Below are positions 1-8,600 of a stretch of DNA of 45,384 bases, piece by piece (within the stretch, counting starts at the first letter, position 1; each line of letters opens with the position of its first letter). The notes beneath the pieces are model-generated. The model did not search any database, was not told where the DNA came from, and saw only the letters and a program-made list of their open reading frames with translations. The stretch comes from a virus (Duplodnaviria; Caudoviricetes). The DNA lies in the IMG/VR virus record IMGVR_UViG_3300037483_000743, positions 1 to 45,384 of that record. One strand, given 5' to 3'. A program made the position numbers and the translations under genes.

Positions 1-118
1 TCATCGAAACGCTGCTCCCAGTTCTTGGCCAGCCGGTCGATGCGCCCGTTGACGGTCTCCTGAACGGCGGCGCGGACGGCGTCTAGGTCTTCATCGTGGG
101 TGGGGGTCATAGGACCCC
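1..118. repeat. Terminal direct repeat, left copy (circular overlap)
   Basis: Identical to 45267-45384 except C89 versus A45355. The gene starting at 45376 has its RBS in the sequence just after position 110. Confidence 0.95.
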
Positions 119-138
119 CCTTCGTATCGCTTCCATGC

Positions 139-1452
139 TCACGGCTTAATCCACATGCGGCCGTCGCTACTGAGCGGCGCCAGCCCATCCCCGCTCACCA
201 TGTAGGTGTCCCAGAGTAGAGGCAGACTGCCGAACGCCGCCCCGCTATCGGCTTGGATGGCGGCGGTCCAGGTGTCATCTTCGCGGGTACCCGATGCTGT
301 GACCGGTCCCACGTAGGAGAGCGCGTCCCCACCGAAAGCGATGGAGTCGATAGTCTGAGCCGCTACTGCCGAAGCGTCCCCCTGTGTGGCATCCGTGCCG
401 TCCAGATTCAGGTCGACCGTCCCCGCCCATGTGCAACGGGCTACGAAGGTGTGGGTGCTATTCGCTGCGAAAGAGAGTGCAGCGGTAGCACTTGAGGCGC
501 TATCGGTGCCATCGGTTACGGTGCAGTAGAGCTTGTTGTCGGTGTGCTTGTAGATGGTGGCCCGTGCGTCGGCTCCGGCATAGAGAGTCAGTAGGTTGTG
601 CGCTACGCCGTCATTGGCTGCCCAAAGTGGAGTGAAACGGCCCGAGATGGTGAATCCGGTCGAGCCGAGCGTCACCGGGAGCGTGAGAGCGGATACTGTC
701 CGGGTGCTGGTGCTCGCGTCTGCCGTGCCCGTCCAGGCGCAGTCGTCGTAGGAGCCGTCGAAGTAGGGAGTGAGGATGGATTCATCGGTGACAGAGAGCA
801 GAGCCGTCGAAACATCCATGACTCCGCCCGCCGCGAATCCGCCTGTGCATTGGAGTTGACAGTAGGTGTAGACGTTTACCTGAGTATCGGATATCACTCC
901 AGTCGTAGCGTCTCTGAACATCGGAGTCGCCACCAGAGGCAGAGGTGTTCCGGCCAGATATTTGGTTGAGGCTTGATTGTAGGTGCGAAGGTTCCAGGCA
1001 GATGAGCCTACCTTTTCGTTCACACGGATATACAGAGATTGAGTTATCACCTCGCCTGTATCGTAGTGCTGCGCGTTCAGAGGGAACTTGAAGTTGGGAT
1101 AGAGTGACACTCCAGCGTTGCCTACGATGCGGAAGTTTTGAACGTTGACCAAGCGACCCTCGATAACCTCCTGAGTGATGGAACAGGTGACCGTGGCAGT
1201 CGCATCTGTCGGGTAGTACGCGCTGCCGTACACCAGCCCGTTGGCTTGTGGCAGTCGCGAAAAGCTCGGGTCCATAACGTAGTTGATGGCCGCGGGCAGG
1301 AACAGTCGGGACCCGGCGTTGTAGGTCTCCCAACCGGACTCCGTGGTGGGTTCCACCGGAGTCGAGCGGGGAGCAAAGCCGGAGTAGGGGTAGTTAGCGG
1401 CGGGCTTGACCAGGCCGAACCGCGCCCGACGTGTGTAGAGCGCGCGCGTCAC
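139..1452 (-). CDS. Tail fibre / receptor-binding protein with carbohydrate-binding-like and LamG/ConA-like domains
   Basis: Last tail gene; Thr/Ala/Gly-rich beta character; PYFDGS linker motif; C-terminal LamG-like pattern (GFTISGRFTP...HTFVARCTW...LNLDG). Confidence 0.65.
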   Translation of the reverse strand: MTRALYTRRARFGLVKPAANYPYSGFAPRSTPVEPTTESGWETYNAGSRLFLPAAINYVMDPSFSRLPQANGLVYGSAYYPTDATATVTCSITQEVIEGRLVNVQNFRIVGNAGVSLYPNFKFPLNAQHYDTGEVITQSLYIRVNEKVGSSAWNLRTYNQASTKYLAGTPLPLVATPMFRDATTGVISDTQVNVYTYCQLQCTGGFAAGGVMDVSTALLSVTDESILTPYFDGSYDDCAWTGTADASTSTRTVSALTLPVTLGSTGFTISGRFTPLWAANDGVAHNLLTLYAGADARATIYKHTDNKLYCTVTDGTDSASSATAALSFAANSTHTFVARCTWAGTVDLNLDGTDATQGDASAVAAQTIDSIAFGGDALSYVGPVTASGTREDDTWTAAIQADSGAAFGSLPLLWDTYMVSGDGLAPLSSDGRMWIKP

Positions 1453-1742
1453 GGTAGCTCGACCACGTTCATGATGAAGTCGTGTTCGATGACATGCCCG
1501 AGGTCTGTCGTGGCCACGATGGTGCCGGTGTGTTGCTCCCCGTCTGTACCGTTCTGTAGTTCGACCTTTACTGTGGTCGCCGTCACGGCGTATCCGGCGA
1601 TCACAGTAGCGGTGGAGTCCGCGCCGGTCTGGTCTACGCTCGTGACGACCGCGCTCGATATCGACTCCCCCGTCTCGAGGTCGCCCACGAACGAGACCTC
1701 ATGCGCGAATGCCTCCGAAGGCTGCTTTGAGAATTGATCCAC
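1449..1742 (-). CDS. Phage fibre-tail adaptor-like protein
   Basis: KQPSE...F...L..GE.I.S...T.KV.L..GTDG pattern; strong RBS; overlaps the fibre gene by 4 nt. Confidence 0.6.
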   Translation of the reverse strand: MDQFSKQPSEAFAHEVSFVGDLETGESISSAVVTSVDQTGADSTATVIAGYAVTATTVKVELQNGTDGEQHTGTIVATTDLGHVIEHDFIMNVVELP

Positions 1743-1796
1743 CGGGCCTCCCCGCTATTCGTATTGCTGTCGGAACGTGACTGAGCAGTCCGTTGA

Positions 1797-2255
1797 TTAG
1801 AGGGGTAGTTTGCCCTCTGCGTTGAGTAGGATGGCTGCCAACTGGAGCAGGTCCCGTAAGTCAGCACTCAGACCTGAACCGTCGATGGCAGCGAGAGCCT
1901 CAGCGTAGGTGATCGTCGGCTCCAACAGATCGGCCCGCACGTCATCCAGCAGCACAGGAGCATCGAGATAGACGTCGTGGGTGACGATGTCCATGGTCAG
2001 CCGACCCGCCTCCGCCGCCTGGATCAGTTGAGCGATCAGGTGTTGGTCCAGGTTGTAGGCTTTTCCGCCCACCGGTGGGCTGGGGGGAGAGAGGTAATCG
2101 GGCATGCCGAGCCACCAAGAGACCAACAAGCCCGTTTCCAAGTCGAACTGCAGCCACAGCAACAGATCTTGCGCCTGGGTGCTGTCGCTGTCGTCGCCGT
2201 GTTGGAGCTTGGTCGCCTCCATCAAAGACAAGCGCTCTGCCGTACTCAGAGCCAT
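1797..2255 (-). CDS. Hypothetical tail-tip region protein
   Basis: ATG with GAGGAG RBS directly after Tal; no recognised motif. Confidence 0.6.
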   Translation of the reverse strand: MALSTAERLSLMEATKLQHGDDSDSTQAQDLLLWLQFDLETGLLVSWWLGMPDYLSPPSPPVGGKAYNLDQHLIAQLIQAAEAGRLTMDIVTHDVYLDAPVLLDDVRADLLEPTITYAEALAAIDGSGLSADLRDLLQLAAILLNAEGKLPL

Positions 2256-2256
2256 A

Positions 2257-4308
2257 TCAACTCCTCAGGATCTTCCGGATGTCCTTCACGGCTCCTCGCA
2301 AGGTGGCGGAGATAGCCAGCGCTCGGGTACCGACGATCAGAGTGGCCCGACCGCCGGCCGAACTGCGCTGCAGTTCCAGGATTCGCAGGCTCTCGTTGAC
2401 GTCGCCGTAGACCACGTGCACGTAGTCCCCTGGAGCACAGAGGGCTGCGTCCGTGTCCAAGATGCTGATGCGGTAGGCCACCCGCGGCCAGCAGAGCCGC
2501 TCTACTAGGGCCGAGCCCATGGCCCGAGCCACCACGGTTGTCTGCAGGTCCGTGTTGATGTACTGCCCCCACTGCACCCCATAGACATCCTGCGATGTGG
2601 AGCCGTCCCGTTCGCTTTGAGCGTCCACAGTGATTCGCACCCGCCAGGGACCGTCTCCGTAGCCAAGCACGATGAGTCGGTTGACGATCTCGGTGTCCTC
2701 TTCCTCGACGCCGAAGTCGAGGATATTGACTCCGCGGCGCAACTCCAGCACGTTGGCGGCGGTCAGGTCTTTGCCAACTTCAGGGTAGTGGTGGATGACG
2801 TTCTGGATGGTGTCCAGTTCAAGCTCTCCCCCGATGGCCTGCACGTGTGCGTCTACGCATTCCAGCAGGTCTTTGTCCTGCCAGCTGACGGACATATAGC
2901 GGTTGGCGTCCACAACGACCTTCTCGATGCTGACCTTGACCGTCCTGACCACCACTTCGAGCATGTGCTCCAGCAGGGACAGTCCGCTAACCTGCAATGT
3001 GTAGGCCGCAGAGACGTCAAGATCAGCCGCCACCAGCACGTAATCCACATAGACGTCGGCCGTGGCCCCGGCTCCGCCGGCCGCGAAGTGCACATCGATG
3101 GTGGGGCCTCTGAAGGCGAGATCGACACAATCGTCGACCGTGGTGGAGTAGAGGTTGGAGACACCCGTGGTCCAGGCTCCAAACTTGACCCAGCCACTAT
3201 CGGTGTGCAGCACATCGGTGTCCCGGGTATCCATGCCGTGATCGGCCCAGGTCCAGCCAGAATCTACATTGACCTCAGTGGCCAAGAGTTGCAGGTTGTC
3301 GATATAGAAGAAGAACTTTGAGTAATATATGTGCCCATCGAGTCCACTCTGGGTGAGCGGTGGACTGAACGTCTCTGCAGTCGATACATACACATACAGA
3401 TGGAACCTAAAATATTGGGATTTCGGAACGAAGAACGTAGTTTCAGACGGAAGCCAGAATGTCTGCCAGTCGGTCGTCAGCAGAGAGGTGATGTCGTACA
3501 ACTCATCATTGAGCACCGTACTTGCATCAGCAGCCAACCACTCAACGCCCACTTTGACGTAACTGTTCCCGTCGACGAACGCTGTGCCTTGGTACGCCTC
3601 AAACCCGACGCGATAACGACCCTCAGGCCAAGACATGATCTTGCTCGACCAAGCCTCGGTCCACGTGGGTCGTTCGCTAGAGTCGCCACCTCGCCAGACA
3701 GCACCATAGATACGAGAGCCCGCCTCACCGGTCATCAGTCCAATAGCGTTCTCGACAACCTCAGGATTGGCCCCGTCGAGAGCCGACTCCCAATGGTCAG
3801 GCACAGCTATGAGCGACGGGGTGGATGCATACAGAATATTCAGCGTGTCGTGCCAGTCGGTGAGATCGGCGTTCGACGTGCTGGCCTCTGTCTCCCCGGC
3901 GAACAGGGCGCTCATGATGTCGGTCGGGACCTTGCCCTGCTGTACGAATGGCAAGTTGGTGATGTTGCTGTAGTAACGCCGCAATTCCACCTCTGCTGAC
4001 CGGCAGAAGAGTTTGATCCGCGTCTCTTTGTCATCCTGGCGGCGGTCGATGGCGTAGCGATGGAGTCCATGGCGGATGTATCTCGCCGACTCGATCATGC
4101 TGACACGCGACTCCGTCGTCCCGTCCATCAGCCGATAACTGCGAGGTAGTGTGGCGGTCAGGGAGTCCGGTCCGTCCAGCTTGGGGCGCCAGTCCACGTC
4201 GGCCGGGCAGATACCGAGGAACGTATCACTCGCGTCATAGAGACGGAGTTCGTTGCCCCAGCGCGTAGGTCGGGCTATTAGAGCCGGACTGACCACGCAG
4301 TCGGCCAT
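2257..4308 (-). CDS. Tal-like baseplate hub / minor tail protein with inserted beta-sandwich domains
   Basis: Lies after Dit; C-terminal IVNRLIVLGYG...SQDVYG...PGDYV motifs typical of prophage tail endopeptidase-family hubs. Confidence 0.7.
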   Translation of the reverse strand: MADCVVSPALIARPTRWGNELRLYDASDTFLGICPADVDWRPKLDGPDSLTATLPRSYRLMDGTTESRVSMIESARYIRHGLHRYAIDRRQDDKETRIKLFCRSAEVELRRYYSNITNLPFVQQGKVPTDIMSALFAGETEASTSNADLTDWHDTLNILYASTPSLIAVPDHWESALDGANPEVVENAIGLMTGEAGSRIYGAVWRGGDSSERPTWTEAWSSKIMSWPEGRYRVGFEAYQGTAFVDGNSYVKVGVEWLAADASTVLNDELYDITSLLTTDWQTFWLPSETTFFVPKSQYFRFHLYVYVSTAETFSPPLTQSGLDGHIYYSKFFFYIDNLQLLATEVNVDSGWTWADHGMDTRDTDVLHTDSGWVKFGAWTTGVSNLYSTTVDDCVDLAFRGPTIDVHFAAGGAGATADVYVDYVLVAADLDVSAAYTLQVSGLSLLEHMLEVVVRTVKVSIEKVVVDANRYMSVSWQDKDLLECVDAHVQAIGGELELDTIQNVIHHYPEVGKDLTAANVLELRRGVNILDFGVEEEDTEIVNRLIVLGYGDGPWRVRITVDAQSERDGSTSQDVYGVQWGQYINTDLQTTVVARAMGSALVERLCWPRVAYRISILDTDAALCAPGDYVHVVYGDVNESLRILELQRSSAGGRATLIVGTRALAISATLRGAVKDIRKILRS

Positions 4309-4922
4309 CAGCCCATCTCGTAGAGGACGACATAGCGGACGGAAGTAGCCCCGGTGAGATTCGCTCCCGCCTTGATGATCTGCAGACCCTTATCGGCGGT
4401 GGCCGCAGCCCCCAAGCTGGCCACCGTGGCCTGCCCCAGATCTACGACGGTGTTCGCGGTGAGAACGGCCACGGGGAAGGCGGCCTGCACGACTGGGCTT
4501 GCGGCCGTGTCGGCAATATCGACTGAGGTAGCTCCGGCGGCTGACCCCCCGATGGCCTGCAGGTGGCAGCCCACCATGGCTAGAGTGACACCAGTGCGTG
4601 CCAACGCGAAGACTTTGCCTGCGTTGATCTCAGCGGCCGTGGCCGAACCACGGGCCACGTAGACATTGGTCTGCAGGCTGACGTCATAGAGATAGACCGG
4701 CCCGTAGCCGCCGCCGGATATCTTGAGGTCGTAACGCCCATCTGCAGCGTAAAAGCCGAACGCTCCGAGAGCCGAGGTTGTCAGAGGATTGGACGCGGCC
4801 GTCAAGGCGCGGTCGGAATAGAGCGTGGCGAGATTGGTGGTACCGGCCTCGTACACGTAGACGGAAGTGCCCGCCACCGGCACCCCGTCCAGATCTAGGA
4901 CCACGTTCTGATACTTATTCAA
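4308..4922 (-). CDS. Virion structural protein with tailspike head-binding/prealbumin-like N-terminal domain
   Basis: N-terminal G.PVAG.SVYVYEAGT..LATLYSD...NPLTT...G.F.FY..DGRYDL motif; TTG start with AGGGGG RBS. Confidence 0.55.
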   Translation of the reverse strand: MNKYQNVVLDLDGVPVAGTSVYVYEAGTTNLATLYSDRALTAASNPLTTSALGAFGFYAADGRYDLKISGGGYGPVYLYDVSLQTNVYVARGSATAAEINAGKVFALARTGVTLAMVGCHLQAIGGSAAGATSVDIADTAASPVVQAAFPVAVLTANTVVDLGQATVASLGAAATADKGLQIIKAGANLTGATSVRYVVLYEMG

Positions 4923-4931
4923 TCCGGCCCC

Positions 4932-5687
4932 CTACTCATATAGACGCCGGTAGCTGACGTCGAGGTCGAAGTTGGTGCTGGAGAGGGCGATGGCGTTGCT
5001 ACCCTTGGCCAGCTGCGGAAAGACGGCCTCGTCTGAGGTGTTGGCGAAGTCGCGCACGCCGTTCAGTCTGACGTCGGGCAGGAAGGTGTTCACCGTCAGG
5101 ACATCGGCGGTTATCAGGGCTCCGTCGTAGCTCCAAACCTCGTTGTTGACGCTGAACCAAATGCCACCAGCCTCGTTGCCGGTGAGGGTGCAGGTGTAGA
5201 CCGGATAGCAAGGGACTGAGCCCCCGCACTGCAGGGTCCCGGATGTCACCCCGGAAAAAGAGGTCACCTGAGCGTCGCTGTCCTCCCAGAATGGAAAACG
5301 CAGGCCCTGGAGGTCGAACTCCAGAATGTCCTGTATGTAGGGAATCTCATCGATGTCTACCGGCACGCCCCGGTCGAACCAGACCATGAGGCGCTTGTTG
5401 GGGCGATCGGTGATGACTAGCGGACAGAACTCTAGGTCGGGGGAGAGATACTCTTTCAGCAGTTCCAGCTTAGAAATGAGATCGGCGTGGTCGTCACCCC
5501 GCACCACACAGTGGAACTGGATGGGTCGCGGATCGCGACGAACCACCGTGAACTCGGGGTAGAGTCGGCCGGGAATCTCCAGAGTATCCAGACGCACACC
5601 CACGAGATCATGAGGACCACGCACGCGGGGCGTATGCAATTCGGCGATGAGACTGAGATCGACGCCGTTGTAGACGACGTTGCTCAT
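4932..5687 (-). CDS. Distal tail protein (Dit)
   Basis: Directly after tape measure (ATGA overlap); YNGVDL...EIPGR N-terminus; FP.L..GSN.I...YRRLY C-terminus. Confidence 0.75.
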   Translation of the reverse strand: MSNVVYNGVDLSLIAELHTPRVRGPHDLVGVRLDTLEIPGRLYPEFTVVRRDPRPIQFHCVVRGDDHADLISKLELLKEYLSPDLEFCPLVITDRPNKRLMVWFDRGVPVDIDEIPYIQDILEFDLQGLRFPFWEDSDAQVTSFSGVTSGTLQCGGSVPCYPVYTCTLTGNEAGGIWFSVNNEVWSYDGALITADVLTVNTFLPDVRLNGVRDFANTSDEAVFPQLAKGSNAIALSSTNFDLDVSYRRLYE

Positions 5688-8600
5688 CGCCCGTAGCTCC
5701 ACTGCACATCGTCATACTCGTCGCGCAGATTGTCTTTGACCGCCTGCACGATAATCGGCAGCATGCTTTCGTCGAGTGTGCCCCTGCCCTCGATGATGAG
5801 ATGACGTGTGGTGGTGGTGCCCATACTCCCCGCGACCTGAGACGCCGGGAGGGCCATGGTCTGGGGTTGTAGAGGCTCAATCAGTGTGTCGACGAAGGGG
5901 ACAAACCACTGATCCAACTCGGACAGAGGCCCCATCTTGGCGGGCGAGTTGAGTTCCAGGTAACTGGCCGCCGTAGCGGCTAGAGCAGCCGCAGCCGCAG
6001 CCACGTTTGCCTGGGCGGACTGTATTCCGTGGGCAAAGCTCAACCCCAGAGTCTGGCCTGCGTTGCTAAACATGCCGGCTTCGCCTAACAGGAGATTTTC
6101 TTGGGCGATGACTTCCTCCATCATGCGTTGGAACTTGACGACCAGGGCATCGATCTCGAGTTGGTATGCTGCCTGTGCCTGCTCGCGCAAGGCCGCGAAC
6201 TGGGCCAGATGAGCGATACGTTCTTGCTCGTGGGCTTCTCGCCGCAGGCGAGCCGACTCCTCTTGTGCTTGGAGCTGATCGTCTCGGGCGATGCGCTGGC
6301 TTTCCTGCCGCTTTTGGAGTTCGCTGAGGGCACGTTCTTGCTCCGCCAGTAGTCCCGCCCGGGCGCGTTCTTGCTCCGCCAGTAGTCCCGCCCGGGCGTC
6401 TTGGGTCGCGTAGTCTTCCCGCAGTCGAGACAGCTGCTCCCGGATCTCATGGATGCGGCGGATGTCGGCCTCGGTCTTGCCCTCTTGTGAGATCAATTCG
6501 TCCAGCTCGCCCTGCAGGTCGCCGGTAGCCCGGCCGCGACTGACAGTCTGATCTCGGGCATCCAGTAGAGCTAGACGCTCAGTGTAGCTAGCATCGAGTA
6601 GAGCTAGACGCTCAGTGTAGTTGGCTTGCAGCGCCTCCAGTTCGGTTCGCTGGTCACGTTGCAGCTGCATGAGGGCGCTCTGGCGGCTACTTTCCTCCCG
6701 GGCAATCTCCCGATCGAGAGCGTCTCCCCGGTCCTGCCAGGCGGCTTCCCACTCGGTTTGAGCCGCGTCGATCGTGCCGCGCACGTCAGAGAGCGAACGT
6801 TCAAGCTGTGACTTCTCAGCTCCGAACATGCCGGTAAGGCCGCTGATGGCCTGCCCGGCGTACTGCGAGATTTCGGCAGGATCGGTTGAGCTGTTCATCA
6901 GGTCGAGCGCCGACTGGTACCCGCCGCCCATGGCTCCCATGAGATCGGGGAAGAGGCCGGACTGCAGACTGGAGGCGGCGCTTGAGTTCCCGAGTATGTC
7001 CATGAGGGATTCGACGCGGGAGAGACTGCTTGCCCACCCGGCGGCCGCCTGCTCCAACGGCACCCGCGCGAGGTCTTCCATCGCGTCGCGGGCATCGTGC
7101 GCCTCGCGGGAGAGATCGAACAGCTCGGTGGCTATCTCGTTGATCACCTGCGGGTCCATGCCGCGATCTTTGGCGATCTGGAGTTGCGCGGCCTTCTCTG
7201 CTACCGCCTTGTCCAGGAAGTCGGCCTGCCGCTCTAGCGTGGCCATCTGCAGATCGAGGTCATAGCCGAGCGCCTTCAGCATTTCCAGGCGCGCGCCTTC
7301 GCGGGTAGCGTAGGAACCGAGGCGCGCGGACTGTGTCCCGAAGAGGTCGAGGATCTGCTCGTTGGCGGCCGCGCCCTTGCCGCCCACGGGTATGTCCTTA
7401 TCCGCGTTCACGTTCGCGCGGATGACGTCGATGAGATCACGCAGAGACGTGGAGAGGTTGGACAGGAAGCTGTTCTGCTCAGCCGTCAGCACCCGCTCGC
7501 CCACCTGTAGCACGGCGGACACTTCGCCGCCGGTGTGGTAGCGCGTCCCCAGGTGCAGATGGTCTTGGTGGTCGCGCACGCTCTGCGCGTTCGTATTGCT
7601 GTGAATGTAGGGGACTCCGACCGACCAGGCTTTGTTCTTGTACAGCAGCTCCTGGATACCGAAGAACGGGGCGTTCAGCGCCAGGTAGTTGAAGGCGTTC
7701 CACAGGGCCGAAGAGGACCCGAAGAAGTCTCCGCCGCGACCCATGCCGTGGAGCGACGGCTTGCCCGTGTTGCGGATGGTGGCACCAGGGCGGAAACCTG
7801 AGCCGAGCGAGACACCGAAGCGCCCGGAGACCATACCGGCCAGCTTTGACATCTGGGGCGTAAGGCCCTTCGCGCCCCCGGTCGCGCCGCCCATCTGCTG
7901 AAGTTCGGCCAGGAGGTCGGCCCCGAAGCCGGAGCCTGCGGTCGTGCCGCGCGCCTTCCATGCGCCCATTGGACCCAGTGAGGGGTTCCACTTGCCGAGA
8001 GCGGCATCGGCGGCTGTCTTGAAGGCGGTGGCCCATCTGTCCGCGTTGCTGCTGCCTGCCGCGGCCATCTTCTTGTCTGCAGCATCCTCGAACGTGTCTA
8101 CCGTGTTCTTAGCGGCCGCTTCCATACGGCGGTCAAGATCGGCTGCCACTCCCTCGTCCCAGGCTTCAGATGAACGCTCTCCGGCTGCGTTCATGAGATC
8201 GGCCATGCGTGCGAATTCTTCCGGGGAGGCGTTGGCGAACTTGTCAACGATATCGGCGGGTAGTTGTCCTACCTGTTCCATGATGCGCCGGGTAGTCTCT
8301 TCGTCGAAGCCCGCTTCGATGAGGCGCTTGACGGTCTCCCGCATGTTCCAGATGAGGTTGTCCTGTGCGTCCTTCTGCTCCTGCAGGAAGTCCATGAAAT
8401 CGCTCAGGCTGGCCTCAGCCTTGTTCACGTATTCCTGCGTAGCGGTGGCGTCAAGCCCCAGCGCTTCCGCGTGTTTCCCTGCGGCCTCTTGCGCCTTGCC
8501 GAGCGCTTCGGTCCACGCCTGCTGGGGGTTCAACAGACCCTCAAGAGTGGCCGTCATGGCCTTGCGATGCCGGGCCAGTTCCTCCTCGGCCTTCGCGGCC

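Noticed and set aside
139-4308. Possible diversity-generating retroelement acting on tail genes
   Set aside because: No reverse transcriptase ORF and no adenine-mismatched TR/VR repeat pair were seen.
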